DNA of 64,000 bases from Alphaproteobacteria bacterium (GTDB lineage Bacteria; Pseudomonadota; Alphaproteobacteria; Rhizobiales; Amorphaceae). The DNA is taken from NCBI GenBank assembly GCA_030431335.1, contig JAUIJH010000003.1, positions 5,496 through 69,495 on the forward strand. Direction: 5' to 3'. Below, piece by piece: positions 53,163 to 63,977 of this stretch (its first letter is position 1; each line of letters opens with the position of its first letter). The notes below the pieces were generated by a model that saw only the letters and a program-made list of their open reading frames with translations, was not told the origin of the DNA and did no database searches. Both the position numbers and the translations under genes were made by a program.

Positions 53163-54040
53163 TGGTCGACCGCCCGTCCATCCCCTCGCGCTTCGCCTTC
53201 GCGCTGCCACGGCCGGGGCGGGCGTGGGCGAATGCGCCGGCATGGCTGCGCCTCGCCCTGTCGCCGTCCACAATCGGGCTTGCGGCGATCGTGTTCCTGG
53301 CGGCGTTCGCCGGCTTCATCGCGCCCTACGGGCCGGCCGAGGTCGACCCGATCAACGCCCTCATGCCGCCATCGGCGGACTATCTCATGGGCACCGACCT
53401 GTTCGGCCGCGATGTCTTCTCGCGCGTCGTCTATGGCGGTCAGCTCTCGCTCACCATCGGCCTCACGGCAACGGCGATCGGCGCCACCATCGGCGTGCTC
53501 GCGGGCGTCGCGTCCGGCTATTTCGGCAGCTGGACGGACGGCGTCGCGATGCGCGTGATGGATGTGCTCCTCGCCTTCCCCGGCACCTTGATGGCCATCG
53601 TCATCGTGGCGGTGCTGGGGCCGAGCACCATCAATCTCATCCTCGCCGTGGGCATCGCGTCCTCGCCCGGCTACGCGCGCCTCGTGCGCAGCCTCACCTT
53701 GCGCCTGCGCCATGCGGACTACGTCACCGCCGCCGAGATCACCGGGGTCGGGCCGTGGACCATCATCGCCCGCCACGTGCTGCCCAACCTGCGCAACTCG
53801 GTGATCGTCTACGCGACGCTCGACATCGCGACGGTGATCCTGATCGCGGCGGGGCTCGGTTTCCTCGGGCTCGGCACCAAGCCGCCCACGCCCGAATGGG
53901 GGCTGATGGTGGCTGACGGCCGCGAGACGCTGCAGATCGCGTGGTGGGTGACCTTCTTCCCTGGCCTCGCGATCCTCGTCACCACCTTGTGCATCTACGC
54001 CTTCGGCGAGCGTCTCGCCGACATATTGGACGCCAAATGA
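53162..54040 (+). CDS. ABC permease DppC/OppC-like
   Basis: TGATG overlap; MGTDLFGRDVFSR, YVTAAEITG, GLGTKPPTPEWG. Confidence 0.94.
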   Translation: MVDRPSIPSRFAFALPRPGRAWANAPAWLRLALSPSTIGLAAIVFLAAFAGFIAPYGPAEVDPINALMPPSADYLMGTDLFGRDVFSRVVYGGQLSLTIGLTATAIGATIGVLAGVASGYFGSWTDGVAMRVMDVLLAFPGTLMAIVIVAVLGPSTINLILAVGIASSPGYARLVRSLTLRLRHADYVTAAEITGVGPWTIIARHVLPNLRNSVIVYATLDIATVILIAAGLGFLGLGTKPPTPEWGLMVADGRETLQIAWWVTFFPGLAILVTTLCIYAFGERLADILDAK

Positions 54041-54053
54041 GCCCGCTCCGCTG

Positions 54054-54722
54054 ATGCCCGCCCGCACGCCCTATCACATGCTGATGCGCCCGATGCCGTT
54101 GGCGCCCGTCGGCCCCGGTGTCGCCGCGCTCGTCCTCATCGACGTGCAGGACTTCACCACCTGCCGCGGCCGGGGGCTCGACGCGGAGGCGGCACGACGC
54201 GGCGTCGCGCGCGAGCTCGACGAGTATTTCGCGCAGGTGGAGGCGGCCAAGCGCAACCTCGCCCGCCTGCTCGGCGAATGCCGCTCGCGCGGCGTTCTGG
54301 TGGTGCATCTGCGGGCCGCGCTCGAAGCGCCGCAGAGCCGGCATTTCGCCGCCTCGGGGCTGGAGCGGCCGCAAAGCGCGGCGGCGGACGGCGCCACGCT
54401 GGGCGCGCTCGACGCGCAGCCCGACGAGCCCGTCATCGCGCGCGGCGGCTACAGCGCCTTCCACCGCACGGGCCTCGAAGACATGCTGCGCCAGCGCGGC
54501 ATCGCCACCGTTTTGCTCGCGGGCATGATGGCCAACATCACCGTGGCGCTGGGCGCGCGCGAGGCGGCCGACCGCGACTTCCAGGTCCTCGTCGTGCAGG
54601 ACGCCTCGGCGAGCGAGACGCTGGCCGCGCACGGCACCACCATGCAGGGCCTCGCCGGCGGCGCCATCCGCATCGTCGGCACCGGCGAGGCGCTCGCCAT
54701 GCTGGAGGGCCGCCGCCTGTGA
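54054..54722 (+). CDS. Isochorismatase/cysteine hydrolase family protein with non-canonical triad
   Basis: LVLIDVQ, YSAFHRTGLEDMLR, GMMANITVALGAREA (Thr at the Cys position, Arg at the Lys position); start uncertain. Confidence 0.8.
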   Translation: MPARTPYHMLMRPMPLAPVGPGVAALVLIDVQDFTTCRGRGLDAEAARRGVARELDEYFAQVEAAKRNLARLLGECRSRGVLVVHLRAALEAPQSRHFAASGLERPQSAAADGATLGALDAQPDEPVIARGGYSAFHRTGLEDMLRQRGIATVLLAGMMANITVALGAREAADRDFQVLVVQDASASETLAAHGTTMQGLAGGAIRIVGTGEALAMLEGRRL

Positions 54723-55693
54723 GCGTGATCCGCACCGTCCTCGGCGACATCGCGCCCGAAGCGCTCGGCATCACCGCCGCGCACGAGCACCTGTGGTGCG
54801 ACTACACCATGGCCAAGAGTGCGGACTTCCCGCGCACCGGCGAGCCGATGTACCTGCGAGACCTCGACATGGTGGTCGACGAGGCGGCGCGCTTCCACGC
54901 CGCCGGCGGGCGCGCCATCGTCGAAGTCACCGTGCACGGCTGGGGGCGCGACCTTGCCGCCCTCGCCGAGATCTCCCGCCGCACCGGCCTCCACGTGATC
55001 GCGACGGCGGGCTTCTACGTGGAATCCTGCCATCCCGATTTCGTGCCTCAAGCCAGCATCGAGACGTTGACCGACTTCCTCGTCGGCGAGGTGCTGGAGG
55101 GGGCGGACGGCGGGCCGGCGCGCTGCGGCCTGTTGAAGGCCGCCGTCGGCCAGGCGCTGATCGAGGGCAATGAGGAAAAGTGCATCCGCGCGGTCGCCCG
55201 CGCCCATCACCGCACCGGCGCGGCGATCACCACGCACACCTCCGCCTCGGCCCGCTTCCACATCGACGGGGGCAATGCCGGCACGATGTTCCTCGACCTG
55301 TTCGAGGAGGAGGGCGTGCCGCTCCACCGCGTGATCGTCGGCCACACCGACGAGAACGTCGACATCCGCCATCTCCGCACCCTTTTGGCGCGCGGCGCCG
55401 CCGTGCAGTTCGACGTCATCGGCAAGGAGCACTGGCTGCTCGACGAGACCCGCGCCGACCTTCTGGCGATGCTGTGCGCCGAGGGCCACGCCGACCGGTT
55501 GCTCCTGTCGGGCGACCGCAATCGCATGTCCGAAATGCACCGCAACGGCGGCAAGGGCTACGACTACCTTCTCACCCACTTCGTGCCGCTCCTCACCGAA
55601 CGGCAGATCACAGAAGAGGCAATCAACAAGATGCTGGTGGCGAACCCGGCCGAAATCTTCACGCTCCCCGTCGAAGGCGAGGTCGCCCCATGA
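54719..55693 (+). CDS. Phosphotriesterase (PTE/Php)-related amidohydrolase
   Basis: GTGA overlap; IRTVLGDI, AHEHL, GLLKAA, TTHT, GHTD, LLSGD, NKMLVANPA. Confidence 0.92.
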   Translation: MSVIRTVLGDIAPEALGITAAHEHLWCDYTMAKSADFPRTGEPMYLRDLDMVVDEAARFHAAGGRAIVEVTVHGWGRDLAALAEISRRTGLHVIATAGFYVESCHPDFVPQASIETLTDFLVGEVLEGADGGPARCGLLKAAVGQALIEGNEEKCIRAVARAHHRTGAAITTHTSASARFHIDGGNAGTMFLDLFEEEGVPLHRVIVGHTDENVDIRHLRTLLARGAAVQFDVIGKEHWLLDETRADLLAMLCAEGHADRLLLSGDRNRMSEMHRNGGKGYDYLLTHFVPLLTERQITEEAINKMLVANPAEIFTLPVEGEVAP

Positions 55694-57129
55694 GCGCGCC
55701 CGTCCTTCCCGAACTCGCGGCGCGCCGCGGGGAGACCATCGCGGCGATCAGCGACTTCATCCGCCAGCCCAGCATCAGCCTGGAGCGTCAGGCGTTGCCG
55801 GAGGGCGCCGCCTTCACCGCCGACGCGCTGCGTGCCATCGGCTGCACGGATGCCGAGGTGGTGGATGTCGGGGACCCTTATCCGGGCGTGTGGGGCACGC
55901 TCGATTTCGGCCGCCCCAAGACGCTGCTGATCTACGGCCACTACGACCTTCGCCCCGTCGGCACCGAGCCCTGGACGCACGATCCCTTCTCCGGCGAGGT
56001 GACCGCCTTCGACGGTTTCGACAAGGTGGTGATGGGGCGCGGCGCGGCGGCCAAGGGGCCGCTGATGGCGTTCCTCCACACCGTCAAGGCGATGATCGCG
56101 GTTACGGGCACGCTGCCGGTCAACCTCGTCTTCGCCATCGAGGGCGCCGAGATCCTGGGCAGCCCCAACTTTCCCGCGCTGGTGGAGGCGAAGGGCGGGC
56201 TCGAGGGCGTCACGGGCATCTTCGGCCCCCGTTCGAGCCAGACGCCGTCCGGCCTCGTCGGCTTCTCGCTGGGCTACAAGGGGCTCGTCTATCTCGATCT
56301 CGTCGCCTCGGGCGCCAAGTGGGGGCGGGGGCCCGATGGCGGCTCGGTGCACAGCGCCACCAACGTCGTGGTCGACAATCCGGCCTGGCGGCTCGTCGCC
56401 GCGTTGTCGACGCTGGTCGACACCGACAGCCGCATCCTGCCGCCCGCGCTCACCGCCGCCCTCGCCACCGACAAGGATCTCGCGGACTGGGAGGCCCCGC
56501 TCGTCGCCGACCTCGCGCGCCGCATCGAGGCGAACGGCGCCAACGCGGTGCTGCCGGGCCTCAACCCGTCCTTCCCCGTGCGCGTCTTCCGCGAGGGGCT
56601 CGACGGGGAGGCGCTCGCCCGGCGCTATCTCTACGGGCCGGCCATGAACGTCTCCAGCCTGCGCGCCGGCTACACCGGCCCCGGCACCAAGTCGTTCCTG
56701 CTGCCCCACGATGCCATCGCGACGGTGGACCTGCGCGCCATCTCGGCGGTGCCCGCCCGCGAACTGATCGGGCTGATCCGCGCCCATCTCGACGCGCACG
56801 GCTTCAGCGACATCGAGATCGTCAAGCGCGGCGCCTACGACTGGAACCAGACGCCGCTCGACGCCGACCTGATCGCCGCCGCCGTCGAGACTCACACCGA
56901 GATGGGCCACGAGGTTCGCCCCTGGCCGATGCAGGCATTCGGCGGTCCCTGGGCGCACTACGGCAAGCTCCTCGGCGTGCCCTCGCTGCAGGGCGGGGCC
57001 CCCGGCCTCGGCGCGCGCGCGGCCACCAGCGACGAATATTTCGTGCTGGAGGGCAAGGACGGCGTCGCCGGCCTCGACGGGCTGGAGCGCTTCTATGTCG
57101 CGTTCCTGGAGCGCTACGGGGCGGCATGA
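55690..57129 (+). CDS. M20/M25/M40 peptidase homologue with degenerate metal site
   Basis: ATGA overlap; YGHYD, PWTHDPF, GRGAAAKGP, IEGAEILGSP, LGYKG, VHS, NPAWRL. Confidence 0.85.
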   Translation: MSAPVLPELAARRGETIAAISDFIRQPSISLERQALPEGAAFTADALRAIGCTDAEVVDVGDPYPGVWGTLDFGRPKTLLIYGHYDLRPVGTEPWTHDPFSGEVTAFDGFDKVVMGRGAAAKGPLMAFLHTVKAMIAVTGTLPVNLVFAIEGAEILGSPNFPALVEAKGGLEGVTGIFGPRSSQTPSGLVGFSLGYKGLVYLDLVASGAKWGRGPDGGSVHSATNVVVDNPAWRLVAALSTLVDTDSRILPPALTAALATDKDLADWEAPLVADLARRIEANGANAVLPGLNPSFPVRVFREGLDGEALARRYLYGPAMNVSSLRAGYTGPGTKSFLLPHDAIATVDLRAISAVPARELIGLIRAHLDAHGFSDIEIVKRGAYDWNQTPLDADLIAAAVETHTEMGHEVRPWPMQAFGGPWAHYGKLLGVPSLQGGAPGLGARAATSDEYFVLEGKDGVAGLDGLERFYVAFLERYGAA

Positions 57130-58126
57130 ACGAGGGCCCGCTCGCCAGCGTCCGCAATCTCAGCATCGCCTTTCGCGGGCGCGGCGGCTGGCTGACGGCC
57201 GTCGACGGGATCGACCTCGCGATCGGGCGGGGCAAGGTGGTGGGGCTGGTGGGCGAATCGGGCAGCGGCAAGTCCGTCACCATGCTGGCGCTCGCCCGCC
57301 TCACCACCGGCCCCACGGCGAGGATCACCGCCGATGCGCTCGAGTTCGACGGTCGCGACGTGCTCGCCATGGGGCGGCGGGCGCTGCGGCGCCTGCGCGG
57401 CGGCGACATCGGCTTCGTGTTCCAGAACCCGCATCACAGCCTCAACCCGCTGCTCACCGTGGGCCGCCAGCTCTCCGAGGCGATGGTGGCGCACATGGGG
57501 CTGTCGCAGCGCGCGGCACGCGGCCGGGCGGCCGAGCTCCTCGCCCGCGTCGGCATTCCCTCGCCGGCGCGCCGCCTCGACGACTACCCGCACCAGTTCT
57601 CCGGCGGCATGCTGCAGCGCGCGATGATCGCGATGGCCATCGCCTGCGAGCCGCGCCTCATCCTCGCCGACGAGCCGACAACGGCGCTCGACGTCACCAT
57701 CCAGGCGCAGATCCTGGAGCTTCTGGCCTCCATCGTCGCGGAGACGGGGGCCTCGATCCTCCTCGTCACGCACGACCTCGGCGTCGCGGCCCGCATGTGC
57801 GACGACGTGCACGTGATGTACGCCGGCGAGATCGTCGAGCAGGCGCCCGTCGACACGCTCTTCTACCGCGCGCGGATGCCCTACACGTGGGGCCTGCTCG
57901 ATTCCATCATCCCGTTCGACGCCGCCACGCCGGACATGCTGCCCTTCATCCCCGGTCGCCCGCCGGCCCTCGCCGAGATCCCCGCCCACTGCCGCTTCCA
58001 CCCCCGCTGCGGCCATGCGCGCGAGATCTGCACCGCCGGCGCACCTGCGCTCGGGCCGCGCGCGGGCGCCGGGCACCTCGCGCGCTGCTACGGCACCGAG
58101 CCCGACGGCTGGCTGGAACGCAGCCG

Positions 58127-58130
<4 letters not shown>
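57126..58130 (+). CDS. ABC ATP-binding subunit DppD/OppD-like
   Basis: [34 protein letters not shown]. Confidence 0.95.
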
Positions 58131-59163
<1,033 letters not shown>

Positions 59164-59173
<10 letters not shown>

Positions 59174-60549
59174 ACGCCCCCGCCGTTCCCACCCTCGACC
59201 CGCAGAAGACCGCGCTGATGGTCGTCGACATGCAATATTTCGACGCGAGCCGAGACTGGGGCGAGGGCCGCACGGCCCAGGACCTCGGCGTCATCCGCTA
59301 TTTCGACGAGTATTTCGCGCAGATCGACACCATCACGCCGGTGATCGCCGATCTCATCGCCACATTCCGCGCCAAGCACATGGAGGTGATCCACATTCGC
59401 GTGGCCGAGCGGACGAAGGATTCGCGCGATGTCGGCCTCAAGCAGCTGGTGCGCGGCCTGATCGTGCCCTCCGGCAGCAAGGAGGCCGATTTCCTCGAGG
59501 GCCTGGAGCCGGCGGCGGACGAGATCGTCATCTCCAAATCGGCCTCGGGCGTGTTCGCGGCGACGGACCTCCACCGCATCCTGCGCAATATCGGGATCGA
59601 CACGCTGGTGTTCGTCGGGACCTCCACGGGCGGCTGCGTGCAGAGCGCCGTCTACGACGCGACCGACCTCGGCTACCGCGTCATGGTGGTGGAGGACGCC
59701 TGCGCCGATTCGACGTTCGCGAGCCACGCGGCCTGTATCGCCAACACGAAGAAGCAGGCGACCTCCGTCGTCGCGGCGGCGGCGCTCGGCGAGGCGCTTG
59801 CGGCTGCGGCGGACGCGGACCCGGCCCAGCGCAGCGGCATCGAGCGCGTGCGGCCCTACCTGCCGACGCGCCCGTTCCTGCCCAACACGCCGGGGGGCGG
59901 CGCGGCGGAGCCCTACTCCACCATTTTCGGCCCGGCCATCCAGCAGGCGCTGACCCCTGCGACGACCGCGCTCGTGGTCATCGACGCGCAGCGCCTGACC
60001 TGCGACCCGGCCTTCCGCAACGCCGGCCTGCAACCGCCGAACGCCGATTTCGAGGGCTTTTATGACCGCGCCGCAGACGCGCTGCCGCGGATGGGCGAGC
60101 TGCTGGGGCTGTGCCGCACGGCGGGGATCGCCGTGTTCCACGTGCGCACCGCCGGCAATCTTTCCGAGGGGAGGGATCTGGCGCCCAAGCGCCGCGCGTT
60201 GGGCCTCGCGCTGGCTGCGGACGACGAGGCCGCCGCCTTCATGCCGGAGGTGACCCCCGCGCGGGGCGAAGCCGTGCTCAACAAGCCCGCCAGCAGCGCC
60301 TTCAACGGCACCGCGCTCGACCAACTCCTCGCCAACGCCGGCGTCGATACGGTGATCCTCGCGGGTGTCTCGGTGGATTCCGGCATCGAATCCTCGATGC
60401 GCAGCGCCGGCGATCGCGGGTACGGCTCGGTCATCGCCATCGACGCGTGCGTTGCCGCCGCGTCGGTCGAGGCGCAGCTTGCCGGGGCGGAGCGCGGCAT
60501 CGCCAACGTGCGCACCGTGGCCGAGATCGCCCAGGCGCTCGCGCGTTAG
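59164..60549 (+). CDS. Tandem two-domain isochorismatase/cysteine hydrolase
   Basis: Domain 1: VVDMQ, SKSASGVF, GTSTGGCVQSA. Domain 2: VIDAQ, NKPASSAF, GVSVDSGIESS. Confidence 0.88.
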
Positions 60550-62073
60550 TCAGGCGGCTGCGGCGGCGCCGGGCTTGCGCCCCAACGTCGGGCGGCGGCG
60601 CCCGAGCACGATGATCGAGATAACCGACAGCACCAGGAGCGCCATCGCGATCGGGTGATGCAGGATCTGCATGTAGTCCCCGCCCGTGATCAGCATCGTC
60701 TTCAGCAGCGCGCTCTCGAGTTGCCCGGCCAGCACGAAGGCGACGATGAAGGCGATGATCGACAGGCCCAACAGGCGCATCACGTACCCGAGGATCGCGG
60801 CCCCCACCATCACCACCAGCCCCATCACCCCGCCGGCGGAGATATAGACGCCGGTGACGCACAGGAGCAGCGCCGCCGGATAGATCACCGTGTTCGGCGC
60901 GCTGACCACGAAAGCCCAGAAGCGCATGCCGACCTGGCCCACGCCGAGGTTGGCGAGGTTGGCGATCAGCATCGCGCCGAACAGGCCGTAGATGAGCTGG
61001 CCCTGCTGCTCGAACAACAGCGGCCCGGGCTGCACGCCATGGATCATCAAGGCGCTGACGAGGAGCGCGGCGGCGATGTTGCCGGGGATGCCGAGCGTCA
61101 GCATCGGGATGAGGTTGGCGCCCACCACCGCCGAGTTGGCCGCCTCGGACGCGGCGATGCCGCGCGGATCGCCGGTGCCGAACGCTTCGGGATCCTTGGC
61201 CGACTGCTTGGTGATCGAATAGGAGAGGAAGCCGGCGGTCGCCGAGCCGAGCCCGGGGATAGCGCCGATCAAGGTCCCGATCAGCGCGGCGCGGAAGGCC
61301 ACCCACTTGTTGGCCAGCAGTTCCTTGAACGTGACGGTGCGGTCGGCGATATCGGCCGATCGCGTCGGCGCGGCGGCGGCGGCCGGCATGCCACGCACCT
61401 GCTGCGCAAGCCGCTGGAAGATCTCGCACACGGCGAGCATTCCGACGGCGAGCGCGGTCAAGGGCAGCCCGTCGTAGAGGGTGAGATAGCCGAAGGTGAA
61501 GCGCGGCGTGCCTTGGCCCGGATCGATGCCCACCGAGGCGACCAGGAAGCCGAGGGCGGCCGCGATCAGCCCCTTCACCATCGATTCGCCGACGAGGCCC
61601 GTGATCACCGAGAATGCCAGCACCATGAGGGCCAGGATCTCGATCGGGCCCATCTTGAGCGCGACGAGGGCCAGAGGAGCCGACACCGTGATCAGGACGA
61701 TGTCGCTCCATGTGTCGCCGAACACCGAATAGTAGAGCGAGTATTTCATCGCCTTCATCGGCTGGCCCTTCTGGGCCATGGGGTAGCCGTCGAAGGTGGT
61801 GGCGGCCGATTCGGGCGTACCGGGCGTGTTGATCAGGATCGCGGGCACCGCGCCGCCCACCGTGCCGCCCTTGTTGACGCTGATCAGGAAGGCGATGGCC
61901 GCCAGCGTGTCCAGTGAGTAGGTGAGCGGGATCGCGATGGCGAGCGCCATCAGGATGTTGAGCCCCGGAATGGCCCCGATGATCTGTCCCACGGTGACCC
62001 CGAGGACGATGAACATCAGGTTCCACAGCGTGAATGCGTCGGAGATCCCTGCGAGGATGGTAGCCGTGTCCAT
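60550..62073 (-). CDS. tctA: Tripartite tricarboxylate transporter large membrane subunit
   Basis: GAIPGL, INTPGTPES..TTFDG, GAIPGLG, SEAANSA, LTLGIPG, HGVQPGP. Confidence 0.95.
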   Translation of the reverse strand: MDTATILAGISDAFTLWNLMFIVLGVTVGQIIGAIPGLNILMALAIAIPLTYSLDTLAAIAFLISVNKGGTVGGAVPAILINTPGTPESAATTFDGYPMAQKGQPMKAMKYSLYYSVFGDTWSDIVLITVSAPLALVALKMGPIEILALMVLAFSVITGLVGESMVKGLIAAALGFLVASVGIDPGQGTPRFTFGYLTLYDGLPLTALAVGMLAVCEIFQRLAQQVRGMPAAAAAPTRSADIADRTVTFKELLANKWVAFRAALIGTLIGAIPGLGSATAGFLSYSITKQSAKDPEAFGTGDPRGIAASEAANSAVVGANLIPMLTLGIPGNIAAALLVSALMIHGVQPGPLLFEQQGQLIYGLFGAMLIANLANLGVGQVGMRFWAFVVSAPNTVIYPAALLLCVTGVYISAGGVMGLVVMVGAAILGYVMRLLGLSIIAFIVAFVLAGQLESALLKTMLITGGDYMQILHHPIAMALLVLSVISIIVLGRRRPTLGRKPGAAAAA

Positions 62074-62100
62074 GGCGTCAGACGTCTTCCTGTCCCGTGC

Positions 62101-62523
62101 TCAAGGCAGCGGCCGCTCGATGAGGTATTCGAAGAAAAGCCAGATGCCGACCGGGACGGCGAGCACCGTGGTCGCCACCCAGAGCGGGCGGCGCTCGTAG
62201 ATCATGGCGATCACCACCACCATGAGGCCGATGGCGACGACGAGGTAGCCGAGCGGTTCGAACAGCATCGCCGCGCCCACCGTGAGGCCGGCGACGATGG
62301 CGAAGCGGACCGGCTCGCTGAGCGGCGGCATGGCGAGCTCGGGCCCGCCCACGATGATCTGGATGGCGCCGAGGCCGATCATGAGCCACGCCGCCACCAT
62401 GGGAAACAGGGCCGGATTCATGATGATCGTCCCGTTGGAGGTGACGTTCATCGGAATGCCCACCAGCAAAAGGAACACGCCCAGCCCGACCGATCCGATA
62501 CCGACCACACGGCGACCCAACAT
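62101..62523 (-). CDS. tctB: Tripartite tricarboxylate transporter small membrane subunit
   Basis: Four hydrophobic helices, PALFP, LGYLV, C-terminal LP; lies between tctC and tctA; SD GGGAG. Confidence 0.85.
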   Translation of the reverse strand: MLGRRVVGIGSVGLGVFLLLVGIPMNVTSNGTIIMNPALFPMVAAWLMIGLGAIQIIVGGPELAMPPLSEPVRFAIVAGLTVGAAMLFEPLGYLVVAIGLMVVVIAMIYERRPLWVATTVLAVPVGIWLFFEYLIERPLP

Positions 62524-62546
62524 GACGTGCTCCCGTTTCCTGCTGT

Positions 62547-63512
62547 CTAGTTGGCGGCCAGGACTTTTTCGTAGTTTGTGGCGCTTTGCTGGACGATGTC
62601 GGTGACGCCATCCGGGCCGAGGTTGACAGCCTTATTGTCGAAATTGCGCATCAGCTCGCCGTACGTGTCGGAGCCGACGGCTTCATCGACGGCGCCTGCC
62701 AGGCACGTCATGATCGCCTCGTCGACGCCCTTGGGGACCATCAGGATAGTGAAAGCCTGCATGGCGACGCTCGGGTCGAGGCCGCTTTCGGCCAGCGTCT
62801 TGGAATCGGGCGCATAGTCGACGCGCTTGTCGATCAGCGAGGCGAGCTGCTTCATGTCGCCGGACTGGATCTGCTGCACGTGCTGGCTGCCTTGGGTGGT
62901 GGCGTCGACGTGCCCGCCGAGCGCCTCCTGCAACGCGGCCGCCGCGCCTTTGCCCGGCACGGCCACCAAGGTGACGCCGAAGTGCTCGCCAAGCTGCTTG
63001 ACCAGCACCTCCTGGTTCGTGCCGCCGACGGAGACGGTCGCACGCCCCTTTTCCTTGGCGTAGTCGATGAATTCTTCGAGCGTGCTGAAGGGACTGTCAG
63101 AGCGGGTGACGAGGCCGTAGTTGATCTGCATTCCCGAGCCGAGGTAGGCGAAATCGTCCCAGGTGAACTGCGCGTCCGGGCTGGTGTAGGGCACGATGGC
63201 GACGGTGTCCGTGCCGGCGATGCCAACGGTGTAGCCGTCCGCGTCCGCGTTCTTGAGCGAGGCGGCCATCACGCCGCCGCCGGCGCCGGGCCGGTTGTCG
63301 ACGACGATGGTCCACCCCTGTTGCGCCTCGATCGCGGCGGCGATGGAGCGGGCGATGGCGTCGGTCCCGCCCCCGGCACCGAAGCCGACCAGGAAGTCGA
63401 TGGGCTTATTCGGGAATCCCTCCGGGCAATCGGCGCCCCATGCCGTCCCCGCGGCGCAGGTCGTCCCAAGCAATGCCGCGGCTAGGGCCAGTCTCTTGAT
63501 GGGAACATACAT
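62547..63512 (-). CDS. tctC: Tripartite tricarboxylate transporter substrate-binding protein (Bug)
   Basis: Start MYVPIKRL (SD GGAGGAGG); FPNKPI..LVGFGAGGGTD, VDNRPGAGG, ADGYT, GKGAAA. Confidence 0.95.
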   Translation of the reverse strand: MYVPIKRLALAAALLGTTCAAGTAWGADCPEGFPNKPIDFLVGFGAGGGTDAIARSIAAAIEAQQGWTIVVDNRPGAGGGVMAASLKNADADGYTVGIAGTDTVAIVPYTSPDAQFTWDDFAYLGSGMQINYGLVTRSDSPFSTLEEFIDYAKEKGRATVSVGGTNQEVLVKQLGEHFGVTLVAVPGKGAAAALQEALGGHVDATTQGSQHVQQIQSGDMKQLASLIDKRVDYAPDSKTLAESGLDPSVAMQAFTILMVPKGVDEAIMTCLAGAVDEAVGSDTYGELMRNFDNKAVNLGPDGVTDIVQQSATNYEKVLAAN

Positions 63513-63626
63513 GGCGTCCTCCTCCCGTTTCGATTTTGTTGTCGAGCGGCCGGCAAATGGCGCAGGCCGTGATCGCATTGGGCCGAGCATAGACGCCAAG
63601 CCGGCCGCCCCAGTCCCGGCCGCGAC

Positions 63627-63647
63627 GAATTTCGCGCGGCGAAATTC
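63627..63647. promoter_or_regulatory. Perfect 9-bp dyad upstream of tctC
   Basis: GAATTTCGC-GCG-GCGAAATTC. Confidence 0.45.
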
Positions 63648-63977
63648 CCGATGCGGTGTCATTGCGGTGACTGAACCGCGACAGGTGCGCGAGGGCTCGG
63701 CAGCTTTTTCCATCTCTCTGGCAGATCGCGCGCCTGGACGGAACCTGAGGTGCCAACAATACGCGCTGTTCGACGATGGAAACATTGAGGAAAATGGAAA
63801 ACGAGATCGAGGGCATTCCGCTCTGCGGAACGCGCGCCGCGTTGCCGGGGGCGGCCGTTTTCCGCGTGAAGCGATTTGACGAAGGTGCGGGTGTTTCGGT
63901 ACGCGAAACAACGCCGTGCCGCTCGCGCACGGCGGGCAGCCGGCCCCTAGGCTGGGCGCGACAGCACAGGAGCAACC

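Noticed and set aside
62078-62611. 177-aa minus-strand ORF overlapping tctB
   Set aside because: The alternative frame 62101-62523 has an SD, four TM helices and the expected TctB position.
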